Shown: positions 31,709 to 42,212, counted from the stretch's first letter. The stretch is 64,000 bases of DNA from Spirochaetia bacterium (GCA_963668315.1 OY764216.1:5120001-5184000); one strand, 5' to 3'. The notes: a model not told the origin generated them from the sequence alone. Numbers and translations are program-made.

Positions 31709-32259
31709 AGGCTCGCTTTCTGCTCCTCCACCCAGAGCCTGATTTCCCCGTAGGATCTCTCCCTTATGCGGTCAAGGATTCTCAAAGAAAGGGACATGCC
31801 GCATTTGCCGAAGACTTTGCCATCCCAGAGCTCACGGAGCCAGGATTCGTTCAGGACTCCGTCGGCGGTGACGAATACAACGGCTTCTTTTTCCCCGAGC
31901 AGGGGCACCCACTCTTTTTCCAGAAAGTCCTCCCCTTCCCAGCGGTAAGCCGTCTCAGTGGCCAGTGTCCGGTCAATCCAGCCTTTAAGGACAGCGGGAG
32001 GCATTCCCCACCAGTCCGGATAAAACAGAAGGAGCCTATCGGCCTTCACTAAGTTTTTCTGATGCTCAAGGACAAGGGAATCGGTTGTTCCGCCCCGGGA
32101 GATCTCCTCAAGGGGCATAAGGGGGGGAAAAGGTTCTGAATAAAGATCGGAAAGGGCAACCCCATGGCCCCGGCTTTTCAAATATTCCGCCATTTCATCG
32201 AAAAATCCTGAAAGAAAACTTTGAGAATCGGGATGGGCCAGAACGAGGAAATCCTTCAT
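31705..32259 (-). CDS. NAD(P)H-dependent oxidoreductase (flavodoxin-like fold)
   Basis: AHP...SF; DLY; YPDWWGMPPAVLKGWIDR. Confidence 0.88.
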   Translation of the reverse strand: MKDFLVLAHPDSQSFLSGFFDEMAEYLKSRGHGVALSDLYSEPFPPLMPLEEISRGGTTDSLVLEHQKNLVKADRLLLFYPDWWGMPPAVLKGWIDRTLATETAYRWEGEDFLEKEWVPLLGEKEAVVFVTADGVLNESWLRELWDGKVFGKCGMSLSLRILDRIRERSYGEIRLWVEEQKASL

Positions 32260-32295
32260 TTTAAAATAATAACAAATAGCAGGGAGAGGGACAAG

Positions 32296-32330
32296 AAAAA
32301 AGAGCTGTCCCCGTGCCTAGGGACAGCTCC
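32296..32330 (-). terminator. Intrinsic terminator on the minus strand
   Basis: GAGCTGTCCC/GGGACAGCTC 10-bp stem followed by T6 on the minus strand. Confidence 0.75.
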
Positions 32331-32507
32331 AAAAATATCTGGGAGAAATTTATGATGTTATCTTTATCTTTGCTGTTGACCGAAGTTTATCACGTTTCCC
32401 GTGGGAATGCCATCAGTAATGTGTTTCACGAAATCAACTAATAGTTGAAAGGACGGATCTGTCCATTTGCCGGAATATGCCCTATAATTGTACAAGGACA
32501 GGTCCCT

Positions 32508-33389
32508 ATGAACGTAAGAGCCCTTCAATGTTTTATTAAAGTCTACGAAAACAAAAGTATCTCGGCAGCGGCCAAGGAAATATACATTTCCCCCCAGGGG
32601 CTCAGCAAAATCATCAAGCAGCTTGAGTACGACCTGGGGGCAGACCTTTTTGTCCGGGAGCCCCAGGGCATGATAGCCACCGAAGCGGGAGAACTGCTTT
32701 ACGCCCGGGCGCGCCATATCATCTACCTTATGGATGATATAAAAAAGGAGATTAGCATCATCAACGGAAGCCGGGGAGCGCTGAATGTCGTCGTGACATA
32801 CTCCACCGTTACGGAATTTCCCCTGAACGAGCTTTTCGGTTTCACCCGGCTGTACCCCAACATCCAGATCCAGCTTAAGGAATACCCCGAGGAGTATCCC
32901 ATGGAAAGTCTCTTCGAGGAGGAAGCCGATGTGGGTATCATCATGGAACACGAAGGAATTGACAACACCCATTATGATTTACTGAGAAAAGGAGAACTGG
33001 TTCTTTATGTTCACAAGGATCATCCGCTGGCTGAAAAGAAGAAAGTCGGTTTGAAGGACCTGGAAGGAACAAAGCTTGTCATTAAATCCATGGAACCGGG
33101 AAAAGAGCACCCCCTTGTTGAGAAACTGAGAGAAAAGGGAATCAAACCGTTGCTGAAACACGAAAGCGGCAATGTCACGTCCCTGAAAAAACTCTGCCAA
33201 AACGACGGCTTTGTCGCCGTACTGGAAAGTTTCCTGAGCGATGCTTTTTCCATGGAATATTTTGTCAGACTGAATTTTTCCGAGAAGATACCCCAGAATG
33301 TGTATCTGGTGACCCGATCGCGGGAGGTACAGAGCAAATCGGTATCCCTCTTCCGGGATTATGTAAAAAAACTGGCTAAGGACAAATAA
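32508..33389 (+). CDS. LysR family transcriptional regulator
   Basis: N-terminal HTH F..V.E.KSISAAA..IYISPQGLSK.IK.LE..LG..LF.R. Confidence 0.93.
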   Translation: MNVRALQCFIKVYENKSISAAAKEIYISPQGLSKIIKQLEYDLGADLFVREPQGMIATEAGELLYARARHIIYLMDDIKKEISIINGSRGALNVVVTYSTVTEFPLNELFGFTRLYPNIQIQLKEYPEEYPMESLFEEEADVGIIMEHEGIDNTHYDLLRKGELVLYVHKDHPLAEKKKVGLKDLEGTKLVIKSMEPGKEHPLVEKLREKGIKPLLKHESGNVTSLKKLCQNDGFVAVLESFLSDAFSMEYFVRLNFSEKIPQNVYLVTRSREVQSKSVSLFRDYVKKLAKDK

Positions 33390-33396
33390 GATAAAA

Positions 33397-35811
33397 ATGA
33401 GAGATATGAAATACCGAGACCTGATATCCCAATTAACTCTGGAAGAGAAGGCTTCCCTGATGTCAGGAAAAGATTTCTGGCAGACAAAGAATATAGATAG
33501 ACTGTCGATCCCTTCCCTTTTTCTCGCCGACGGCCCCCATGGGGTGAGAAAGCAGGCCGTGGAAGCGGACCATATCGGACTTAACGAAGGAATTCCCGCC
33601 ACATGTTTTCCCACGGCAGCCACCGTGGCCAACAGCTGGAATGAGGAGCTGGGCGAGCGGGTCGGAGGCTATCTTGGGGAGGAGGCCGTTTCCCAGAAAG
33701 TCAATATTCTCCTGGGGCCGGGAGTCAATATGAAACGGAATCCCCTCTGCGGGCGGAACTTTGAATATTTCTCCGAAGACCCCTATCTGGCGGGAAAGAT
33801 GGCCGCCGCCTTTGTCAGGGGAATTCAGTCCCACGGCATCTCCGCCTGCGTCAAACACTTCTGCGCGAAAAATCAGGAAGAGCGCAGCATGTCCATCGAT
33901 ACGGTTATCGATGAGAGGACTCTCAGGGAGATCTATCTGACCGCCTTTGAAATAGCCGTCAAGGAAGGGGATGCCAGAACCCTCATGTCATCGTATAACC
34001 GGCTCAACGGAACCTATACGAATGAAAACACCCACATCATGAAGGATATCCTTCGGGAGGAGTGGGGCTACGACGGCTGTGTTGTCACCGACTGGGGCGG
34101 AAGCAATGACAGGATTCGCGGCCTGGAAGCGGGCAATGAACTGGAGATGCCCGCCACCGCCGGAGAAACGGACCGTGAGATAGTCAAAGCTGTAAGAGAG
34201 GGCCGGCTCGACGAGAAAATCCTCGATGAAAACGTGAATCGCCTTCTCAACCTGATTTTCACGACGGAAGAAGCCTTTACTCCCTACAACGCTCCCATCA
34301 GCGTAGAAAAACATCACCGCCTGACCCAGAAGATCGCCGAGGAATCGATTGTGCTTCTTCGGAATGAGGACAAAATACTTCCCCTGAAATATGGAAGGAA
34401 AGTGGCGGTGATCGGCGAATTTGCCCGGAACGCCCGTTACCAGGGAGCCGGCTCCTCCATTGTGAATCCGACCATACTGGACAACACCCTGGACTGCTTC
34501 GATGAATCGGGCATTACCAGCATAGGGTATGAACCGGGATTCCGCCGTTACGGGCAGAAGAGCGCCTCTCTGATACGCAAGGCCTGCGACCTGGCGAAAA
34601 AAGCCGATGCGGTACTCCTCTATCTCGGCCTGGATGAAGATTCGGAAGCCCAGGGACTGGACAGGAACTCCATGGCCCTGCCCTCCAACCAGATAGATCT
34701 GCTGAACGCCCTCTACCCGGTGAACAAGAATATTGTGGTCGTTCTCTCCTGCGGTTCCGCCGTGGAAATGCCCTGGGTGAACAAAACAAAGGCCATTCTC
34801 CATGCGTACCTGGGAGGGCAGGCCGGAGCCAGGGCGATTCTGAGGGTGATATCGGGAGATGTCAATCCTTCGGGAAAACTGGCGGAAACCTATCCCCTGC
34901 GCTACGAAGATACCCCGTCGGCCCCCTATTTTCCCGGAAAAGAGGTCAGCGTGGAATACCGGGAAGGCCCTTATATAGGCTACCGCTATTTCGATACGGC
35001 CGATGTCCCCGTCCTCTATCCCTTCGGATTCGGTCTGAGCTACACAACCTTTGAATATGGTGACCTGGACATAGACGAAACGGGGGTATCCTTCTCCCTG
35101 ACGAACCGGGGAGATATGCAGGGGACGGAAATATCCCAGCTTTATGTCAGCTGTCCTTCCAAAGAGATTTTCCGGCCCCGGAAGGAGCTGAAAGGTTTTA
35201 AGAAAGTCTTCATAAATCCGGGGGAGAAGAAAATCATCAGGATCCCCTTTGATGACAAAACATTCCGTTATTTCAATATCAGGACGAGCGCCTGGGAAGT
35301 GGAGGAAGGGGACTACCGGATTCTCATAGGCTCCTCCAGTGCGGACATCCGACTTTCCGGGACAATCCGCAGGGAGGGAACCGGAGCCCCCCTCCCCTAT
35401 GACCGGGACGAACTGCCCTCCTATTATTCGGGAAAAATCAAGGAAGTCGGAACGGAAGAATTCGAGAAACTCCTGGGGCGGAAGGTTCCCGATCCCCTCT
35501 GGGACAGGAAAAAGCCCCTCGGCTATAACGACGCCATTGCCCAATGCGCGTATGCCCGGGGGAATTTCGCCCGTATCGCCTTTAAGCTGATCCGCCTGTC
35601 CCACTGGGTCCTCAGAAAAACGGGGAAAAGAAGAGCGGCCAATATGCTCATGATGTCCGTTTTCAACATGCCCTTCCGGGGAATCGCCCGTATGACGGGA
35701 GGACTGGTGAACATGCCCATGCTCGACGGGATACTGATGATCGTTAACGGCCATTTTTTCAAGGGGCTGGCAAAACTCCTCAGGGAGAGGAAGAGGAAAT
35801 CCCCGGGCTGA
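33397..35811 (+). CDS. GH3 beta-glucosidase-like protein
   Basis: DGPHG, GRNFEYFSEDP, KHF, VTDWGG nucleophile, FGFGLSYTTF, FN3-like domain. Confidence 0.92.
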   Translation: MRDMKYRDLISQLTLEEKASLMSGKDFWQTKNIDRLSIPSLFLADGPHGVRKQAVEADHIGLNEGIPATCFPTAATVANSWNEELGERVGGYLGEEAVSQKVNILLGPGVNMKRNPLCGRNFEYFSEDPYLAGKMAAAFVRGIQSHGISACVKHFCAKNQEERSMSIDTVIDERTLREIYLTAFEIAVKEGDARTLMSSYNRLNGTYTNENTHIMKDILREEWGYDGCVVTDWGGSNDRIRGLEAGNELEMPATAGETDREIVKAVREGRLDEKILDENVNRLLNLIFTTEEAFTPYNAPISVEKHHRLTQKIAEESIVLLRNEDKILPLKYGRKVAVIGEFARNARYQGAGSSIVNPTILDNTLDCFDESGITSIGYEPGFRRYGQKSASLIRKACDLAKKADAVLLYLGLDEDSEAQGLDRNSMALPSNQIDLLNALYPVNKNIVVVLSCGSAVEMPWVNKTKAILHAYLGGQAGARAILRVISGDVNPSGKLAETYPLRYEDTPSAPYFPGKEVSVEYREGPYIGYRYFDTADVPVLYPFGFGLSYTTFEYGDLDIDETGVSFSLTNRGDMQGTEISQLYVSCPSKEIFRPRKELKGFKKVFINPGEKKIIRIPFDDKTFRYFNIRTSAWEVEEGDYRILIGSSSADIRLSGTIRREGTGAPLPYDRDELPSYYSGKIKEVGTEEFEKLLGRKVPDPLWDRKKPLGYNDAIAQCAYARGNFARIAFKLIRLSHWVLRKTGKRRAANMLMMSVFNMPFRGIARMTGGLVNMPMLDGILMIVNGHFFKGLAKLLRERKRKSPG

Positions 35812-35891
35812 TAAGATAACCAAGATCTACCATCTTTTTCACAAGATAACCATTCCTCCGGAATTCCCTTTTCATGGTATAGTGGTATGTT

Positions 35892-38561
35892 ATGAAAAAT
35901 TATCGGAAGAGTCACGACCTTTCCCTGTCGCCCTGGGGACCCTATTCAAAAAGATATGTCGGTATTTCCCATATACCGTCTCTGCCGGAAGGAAAAAGAT
36001 TTGATCTAAGCGTCTTTCCCTCCCTTTACCGCCGGGGGATCACCCCTCCCAATGTCATGTGGGAATCGGGCTACCATCCCTGGGACTGCTCCGCCGACCT
36101 GCGCCGCTATACCCACCGCCACGAGCTGCTGTGGAAGGATGAAATATATACGGATATCACCTTCTCCCTCCAGAGCGAATCGCAGGTCCGCTACTCCTGC
36201 CGTACGGTAAATAATACCGATGTGAGGCAGGCTCTGGTTTTCCACCATATGACATCCCTCTACTTTCCTCCCCTGGAAACCTACTCGCCCGTACCGGTAA
36301 AAGCCGTTGCTCCCCCGGTGGGAGAGGGACTCTATTTTGTGGCCGGACTGGATTATGAAGAGCTGAATTTCCGGGAGGATTCCCCCCTGCGGACCCTCTC
36401 TCCCGACGGCACTCTCTGGGGAGAGACGGGGGACCACGGCTTTACCGGCGGCAGAGGCCTGGGCGGCGGATTCGGGGAAGCCCCTTCCGACCGGGCCCGT
36501 TACGCCATTCCCGAAGGATGGGACGGAAAGGGGCCGGTCTTCCTGCGCTGCCGGAACCTCTCGCGGAAACCCTCCGCCCTGATCCTGGCGGGAGGCCTGG
36601 AAGGACGCGCCGCCCTATCCCCCGATGAAGCATGGGTTATCCTGACTTCCGATTTCACCAGAAGCGGGGAATCCACTTTCTCGCTGGCAACCGAAGGAAA
36701 GGGAGCCGTCGATGTGGACGGCATCGTCTTCTGCCCCGCCGGCTTCCAGGGTACCCCTGTCTTCTCTCCTGTCAGTCTGAATCCCAGGCCCGAAGTAAAA
36801 AGCGGTCCCCGGGATAACAGCCTGATTCTCCAGTATGAGGACCTGCCCCTTACTTACGGGCTCAGTTGGGATATACCCGGAGTCGTCCGTCACTGGGCCT
36901 GCGACGAACCGGACAATATTATGAGACACAATGTCCATGAGCATAACCACCGGGAATTCCAGGGACCGGGGGAGGGACACTTTACCGAAGTCTTCACCCG
37001 TCCCGTCTTCCTGGACGGCTCCTCCGATCTCGTCAACCAGGGGATGGTCTGCTGCGGAACGGAAGAGCAGGTAAGGGAAATGCTCGGCAAGGAGGATACA
37101 TCACCTGTCTCCTGGACGGGATTCACTCCCGAAGAGAGACCCTTCACGCAGGACAATCCCTATACATTCAGCCTCAACAGGCTGGCGGCCACCGCCCTTC
37201 TGAACGTGGTATACCCCGTACGCATCCAGGGAGAGTGGTCACGCCATCATACTCCCGGCCGCTGGTGGGACTGCCTCTATACCTGGGATTCGGGCTTCAT
37301 AGGCCTGGGCTTCACCGCCCTGGATCTCAAGCGGGCCGAAGAGACGCTGAATGCCTACCTGACCGAACCGGGAAATCCCCATGCCGCCTTCATTCATCAC
37401 GGCAGTCCGGTACCCACCCAGTTCTTTCTCTACCAGGAGATATTCAACCGCTCCCAGTCAAAGGAGTTTCTGGGGAAGTATTACGATTCCCTCCTCCAAT
37501 ATCACCGCTTCATGGCCGGCCGTCTGGGCAGCTCCTCCACAGCATCCCTTAAATCGGGACTGCTCAAAACCTGGGACTACTTCTATAACTCCGGCGGCTG
37601 GGACGATTACTGTCCCCAGGTCCACGTGAGAAAAAACGGCCTGGAAGCCACCATCGCCCCGGCGATTACCACGGCCGTTGCCGTCAGAACGGCACTGATC
37701 CTCAAAGGGGCCGCCCTGCTGCTCGGAAAGGACACGGAAGAGCTGGACAGGGATATCGCACACCTCTCCGGCGCACTTCAGCAGCACTCCTGGGATGGGG
37801 AATCGGGTTATTTCTCCTATGTCGTCCATGATGAAGAGGGGAAGGCCCGCCATATGCTGACCTATGGAGAGAAAATCAACTTTGATATGGGCTTCGACGG
37901 AGCTTACCCCCTTAATGCGGGAATATGCACGGAGGAGCAGGAAGAGCGGCTGCTGGCAAGACTGTTCTCCCCGGACCATCTCTGGACCGATACGGGGCTG
38001 ACCGCCATCGACCAGTCGGCTCCCTACTTCAGGGACGACGGATACTGGAACGGCGCCGTCTGGATGTCCCACCAGTGGATCTTCTGGAAAACCATGCTGG
38101 ACATGGGCCGGAGCGAAGAGGCCTGGAGAATTGCCTTCACCGCCCTGGAACTCTGGAAAAGGGAGACCGAGGACACCTATCTCTGCTTTGAGCACTTTGT
38201 CACCTCCACAGGACGGGGAGCCGGATGGCACCACTTCGGAGGTCTCTCCTCCCCTGTCATGAACTGGTATTCCGCCTATTTTGTCCCGGGAACCCTCTCC
38301 GCCGGTCATGACAGCTGGATTACGGAACGGCAGGTATCGCAGGACAGCACCAGGATCGATTTCACCCTGGTCTCCGCCGGCTGCACCGATAAGACGCGCA
38401 CCGTACTGGCCGTGCTCGCCCCGGAAGTGCGATCGGTCAGAGTCAGCCTCGGGGACGGGACGCTCCTTGAGAGCAACCTGAGAAAGGGGGGAGCCGTGGA
38501 AGTTACCCTTCCCCCCGGACAGAATGGGTCCTATGCGATCACAGTGGAAGGTAAAATATGA
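35892..38561 (+). CDS. (alpha/alpha)6 glycoside hydrolase, GH63/MGH1/trehalase-like
   Basis: LYTWDSGF, SGGWDD, YWNGAVW and FEHF motifs. Confidence 0.75.
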   Translation: MKNYRKSHDLSLSPWGPYSKRYVGISHIPSLPEGKRFDLSVFPSLYRRGITPPNVMWESGYHPWDCSADLRRYTHRHELLWKDEIYTDITFSLQSESQVRYSCRTVNNTDVRQALVFHHMTSLYFPPLETYSPVPVKAVAPPVGEGLYFVAGLDYEELNFREDSPLRTLSPDGTLWGETGDHGFTGGRGLGGGFGEAPSDRARYAIPEGWDGKGPVFLRCRNLSRKPSALILAGGLEGRAALSPDEAWVILTSDFTRSGESTFSLATEGKGAVDVDGIVFCPAGFQGTPVFSPVSLNPRPEVKSGPRDNSLILQYEDLPLTYGLSWDIPGVVRHWACDEPDNIMRHNVHEHNHREFQGPGEGHFTEVFTRPVFLDGSSDLVNQGMVCCGTEEQVREMLGKEDTSPVSWTGFTPEERPFTQDNPYTFSLNRLAATALLNVVYPVRIQGEWSRHHTPGRWWDCLYTWDSGFIGLGFTALDLKRAEETLNAYLTEPGNPHAAFIHHGSPVPTQFFLYQEIFNRSQSKEFLGKYYDSLLQYHRFMAGRLGSSSTASLKSGLLKTWDYFYNSGGWDDYCPQVHVRKNGLEATIAPAITTAVAVRTALILKGAALLLGKDTEELDRDIAHLSGALQQHSWDGESGYFSYVVHDEEGKARHMLTYGEKINFDMGFDGAYPLNAGICTEEQEERLLARLFSPDHLWTDTGLTAIDQSAPYFRDDGYWNGAVWMSHQWIFWKTMLDMGRSEEAWRIAFTALELWKRETEDTYLCFEHFVTSTGRGAGWHHFGGLSSPVMNWYSAYFVPGTLSAGHDSWITERQVSQDSTRIDFTLVSAGCTDKTRTVLAVLAPEVRSVRVSLGDGTLLESNLRKGGAVEVTLPPGQNGSYAITVEGKI

Positions 38562-40279
38562 AACTGGATATAGAGATGCTCCTGGAGAAGGAGCGGCCCC
38601 TTCTCAGGGAGTGGGAAGATTTTCTTGATCAGATTCCCCCAGAAGAGGAGATGAACCGGGGGCTCTCCTTCAGTCACCGTTTTCTTCTCCACGGGGCGGA
38701 GTGTTCGATCTGCTCCTATCTCACGGCAAAATCCGGAGACAGGATAAAAGCCGAACTGGAAAGGGCCGAGAAAGCCGCCCGGATTCTCACCGGAACCCTT
38801 ACTGAGGAGGGGATGAGCAACAGTTTCAACCTGGCGTCCCCTCCGGATACGGCCTTCGCCACGGAAAGGGCCGGAGCCCTGCTGGTTCTTCTAAGGAAAA
38901 AAGCGCGCCCTGAGTTCACAGAGCTATCGTCCCGCCTTGAGGAGTATCTGGAAAGGACCTGCGACGGACTGGTTACGGGCGGCATTCATACCCCCAATCA
39001 CCGCTGGGTCGTGTCTTCCGCCCTCTCCTTCGGTTATCACCTTTTGGGAAAGCAGAGCTATAAAGACCGGGCTGAAGCCTGGATCAGCGAAGGCATCGAT
39101 ATTGATGAGGACGGGCAGTTCTCCGAACGGAGCACCTCCATCTACTCCCCCGTCACGGTAAACTGCCTTCTCAATATGGCCGAATACCTGAAAAAGCCGG
39201 AGCTTCTGGAACCGGTCCGCCGTCATCTTGATCTGACCCTCTGGTTCCTCAAGCCCGACGGAAACCTCGTGACGACCCCCTCACGCAGGCAGGATCTCTT
39301 CTCCCCGGGAAGTTCGGAAAACTACTACCTTCCCTACCTTATCATGGCGGTAAAAGATCAGAACGGAGCCTATGGGGCGGCCGCCCGGTTTATCGCCGAA
39401 ACGGACCATCTTCCCAGAAGGGGTCTGACGGAAATCCTCTCGGGCTGTATTGAGGGGGAGCTGCCCGATCCGACCCTGTCTCTTCCCCTTGAAGGCGCCC
39501 GCTTTATCGCCGGTTCCCGATTCTACCGTTCCCTGAAAGAAAACCGGTTCCTGACCCTTTTCGGAGGCTGCGACAACGGGCTGTCCCTGAAGCACGCTTC
39601 CGGTCTGTCGGGCAACCCCTCCTTTCTCTCTTTCCAGTCGGGCAGCGGCATCCTGGAATCGGTGCGCATCGCTCCCTGTTTCTTCGGGACCGGATATTTC
39701 CGGCCGGACGGTATGGAACGGGAAGGAGATTCATGGATACTGGAACAGCACCTCTCGGTACCCTATTTCGATACGCTGAAGAAGGATGATATCAGAGCGG
39801 ACGGGGACTATTCCCTCACCTCCTCGGGGCGCTACTGGAGTAAGCTGGACTTTCCCAGACGGGACAGGGTCAATGTGCAGAATCTGAAGACCCGGGCCGT
39901 CATCAAAGAAGGGAACGGCGGAGTGGAGCTTTCCGTCTCCGTCAGCGGATGCCCCAGTGTGCCGGTGGCCCTGGAATTCGCCTTCCCCGCAGAGGGGGAA
40001 CTGACGGGGGACTGGCTTGAGAGCGGGGACAGCCCCTCCTTTTTCGAATTTCCCGATCAGCCCAGACCGAAAAACATGAAAATACTGCGCCGGGGAGATG
40101 CCCTTTATACCTGCGGGGAAGGGAAAATACGGATCAGCGGGGGTAAGAGTGAGCACGACTGGCTGCCCATACAGCAAAGCGGTGATTACACCTCCCTGGA
40201 CGGAGAAGCGCGAAAGAAGCAATTCGTCTATGTAACGCTTTATTCGCCCTTTGAAATTACCCTGGAGATCGGGGACTGA
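38558..40279 (+). CDS. Hypothetical protein, possible heparinase/lyase-like toroid fold
   Basis: GGIHTPNHRW, DGQFSERS..Y; ATGA-coupled to the GH gene. Confidence 0.6.
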   Translation: MKLDIEMLLEKERPLLREWEDFLDQIPPEEEMNRGLSFSHRFLLHGAECSICSYLTAKSGDRIKAELERAEKAARILTGTLTEEGMSNSFNLASPPDTAFATERAGALLVLLRKKARPEFTELSSRLEEYLERTCDGLVTGGIHTPNHRWVVSSALSFGYHLLGKQSYKDRAEAWISEGIDIDEDGQFSERSTSIYSPVTVNCLLNMAEYLKKPELLEPVRRHLDLTLWFLKPDGNLVTTPSRRQDLFSPGSSENYYLPYLIMAVKDQNGAYGAAARFIAETDHLPRRGLTEILSGCIEGELPDPTLSLPLEGARFIAGSRFYRSLKENRFLTLFGGCDNGLSLKHASGLSGNPSFLSFQSGSGILESVRIAPCFFGTGYFRPDGMEREGDSWILEQHLSVPYFDTLKKDDIRADGDYSLTSSGRYWSKLDFPRRDRVNVQNLKTRAVIKEGNGGVELSVSVSGCPSVPVALEFAFPAEGELTGDWLESGDSPSFFEFPDQPRPKNMKILRRGDALYTCGEGKIRISGGKSEHDWLPIQQSGDYTSLDGEARKKQFVYVTLYSPFEITLEIGD

Positions 40280-40289
40280 CGGGAACTCC

Positions 40290-41273
40290 CTACGCCGTGG
40301 CCCGGATATGATCTCCCAGGGGAAGGGAGAGAACAATACCAATCCCCTTGCCATGGCGGTTTTCCGCCGTCAGACGGCCGCCCAGCCTTTCAGACAGGTA
40401 ACGGCTGGTATCCAGATCACCGAGTATATCGTAATCGTCATGGCTGACTTCCGGGTGGTACACAGAGAATAGGAATCTCCTGTGCCCTTCATCCAGGCGG
40501 CATTCAACCTTGATTTCTCCCCCGGCGGTCCTGCTTTCCGCATCCACAAGGAGGCGGGAGAGGATCTGCTTGACCAGAAATCCGTCGGTAAAAAGAGCGT
40601 AATCACTGGGACATCGGATGCGTGTGATCAGTTTGACATCCCGGGGCATGTAGGATTCGTGGGACCTGTGAATCTCGTCCATCAGGGGAAGGATGGGGGT
40701 CGTGGAGGGATGGACGGTCAGCTCGGGGACGGGGAAGACCGAATAGTCGATATCGCCGTCCCTGTCTCCCGACGCATCTCCCCCACCGAGCTTTGTCCTT
40801 GTCAGCTCGTCCAGATAGCGGGCCTTATCGGCAATTACGGCGAGATCTTCTTCCAGTATCGTTTTAAAACGCAAGAGGAAGGTCTCCCGCTTGCTGTCCC
40901 ATTCGAAAGGCCCCCTCCCTCCCAGGAAGAGCAGCCCGAAGGGACTGCTGCCGTGATCCACGGAAAAACCGCAGCAATGGGTAATCCCCGTCTGCCTGAA
41001 AAAACGCCCGACCTTCTCATCGACCGCTTCAAGATCCACCAGCTGATAGAAGGGATCCCTCCGGCTCAGGGCAGAAAGATCCTCCGAGGAGGGACGTCCC
41101 CTGTGGCGGATACCAATGGGCAGTACCAGCTCACCCTTAGTGTTTGTGGCGAAGATTTCCCAGGACTCGGGCAGGAAGCGTATGAAGGCTCCGTAGGGGG
41201 CATTAACCTCCTCTGCCAGAAGATCCAGCGATGTCCGCCATTTCATTTTTAAATCATTTAAATATCTTTCCAT
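40290..41273 (-). CDS. GAF-like plus degenerate HATPase_c protein
   Basis: PFGLL GAF-like end; QILSRLLVDA and LGGRLTAEN..GKG remnants of kinase boxes. Confidence 0.6.
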   Translation of the reverse strand: MERYLNDLKMKWRTSLDLLAEEVNAPYGAFIRFLPESWEIFATNTKGELVLPIGIRHRGRPSSEDLSALSRRDPFYQLVDLEAVDEKVGRFFRQTGITHCCGFSVDHGSSPFGLLFLGGRGPFEWDSKRETFLLRFKTILEEDLAVIADKARYLDELTRTKLGGGDASGDRDGDIDYSVFPVPELTVHPSTTPILPLMDEIHRSHESYMPRDVKLITRIRCPSDYALFTDGFLVKQILSRLLVDAESRTAGGEIKVECRLDEGHRRFLFSVYHPEVSHDDYDILGDLDTSRYLSERLGGRLTAENRHGKGIGIVLSLPLGDHIRATA

Positions 41274-41523
41274 TAAATCACCTGAATGCCCAAAACCTGG
41301 GAGGTCAAAACACCGGAACTATTAGAATTTTCGCTCATTATCCCGGTGATTTCAATAGGAAGACCGTGAAATTCACAAAGCCGCCACAGAGGGCATTTAA
41401 GCTCCCCCATTCCCCTGACGCCCCTCCGCCTTCCAGGGCCCGTCCTCCCGGCTCTGCCTCCCGGAAAGGCGACCTTGACAGAGAAGGGAAAAATATGGAG
41501 TAATATAGGGTAATATATATGAG

Positions 41524-42210
41524 GTGTTCACTTTGAATAAATCACGATTTTTACTCCCCCTGCTGCTTTTCGCCCCTCTTCTTCTCTCGGCTCAGGAGAC
41601 GGCGGAAAATTACTTTGACCGTTTGTCGGAAAACTATGGAACGGTAAGGGATTATCAGGGTGAGATTATCATAACCAGGGACGATACGGTCCAGACGGCT
41701 GATATCTTCTACAAAAGCCCCAATCTGCTCCGTCTCGATTTCACCGACAGCGCCAGCCGGGGAATCGTGATGAACTCGGACGGCGAGAAGCTTCTTCTCC
41801 ACATACCCGAGCACAGCGTTACCTTTACCCAGACCTTAAGGCAGCACAGCAGCACGGCCCTGGCCAATATGGCCAGTTCGCAGGGACTGCATCTTCTCCA
41901 GCAGAACTACAAGATCGGCTACAAAACCGGTCCCGCCCCGGAGCCTCTGGAAGCGGACTCGGAAGAAGTGGTCACCAAACTGCGCCTTGAGTGGCTCTCT
42001 TCCACCGAAGGTTTCCGCGAACTGGAAATTGCCGTCGGCGAGAACCTCCTTATCCGCAGGATCACAGCCGTCACGACTAAATACGAAACGATTCAGTTTG
42101 ATTTTCTCAATCTGCTGATCAACGAAGACATACCGGATACGCGGTTTTACTACGAATCGCCTCCCGTAGGCAATGATATTGAAAACTTTCTATTTGAACC
42201 GGAAGAGTAA
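41524..42210 (+). CDS. lolA: Outer membrane lipoprotein carrier LolA family
   Basis: Signal peptide; YKSPNLLRLDF; SDG; F....P tail; the start may be TTG 41533. Confidence 0.82.
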   Translation: MFTLNKSRFLLPLLLFAPLLLSAQETAENYFDRLSENYGTVRDYQGEIIITRDDTVQTADIFYKSPNLLRLDFTDSASRGIVMNSDGEKLLLHIPEHSVTFTQTLRQHSSTALANMASSQGLHLLQQNYKIGYKTGPAPEPLEADSEEVVTKLRLEWLSSTEGFRELEIAVGENLLIRRITAVTTKYETIQFDFLNLLINEDIPDTRFYYESPPVGNDIENFLFEPEE

Positions 42211-42212
42211 AC

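Noticed and set aside
41280..41480. c-di-GMP-II riboswitch resemblance (GGAAGACCGUGAA...GGGCA)
   Set aside because: The conserved 3' GUGCAACC part is absent
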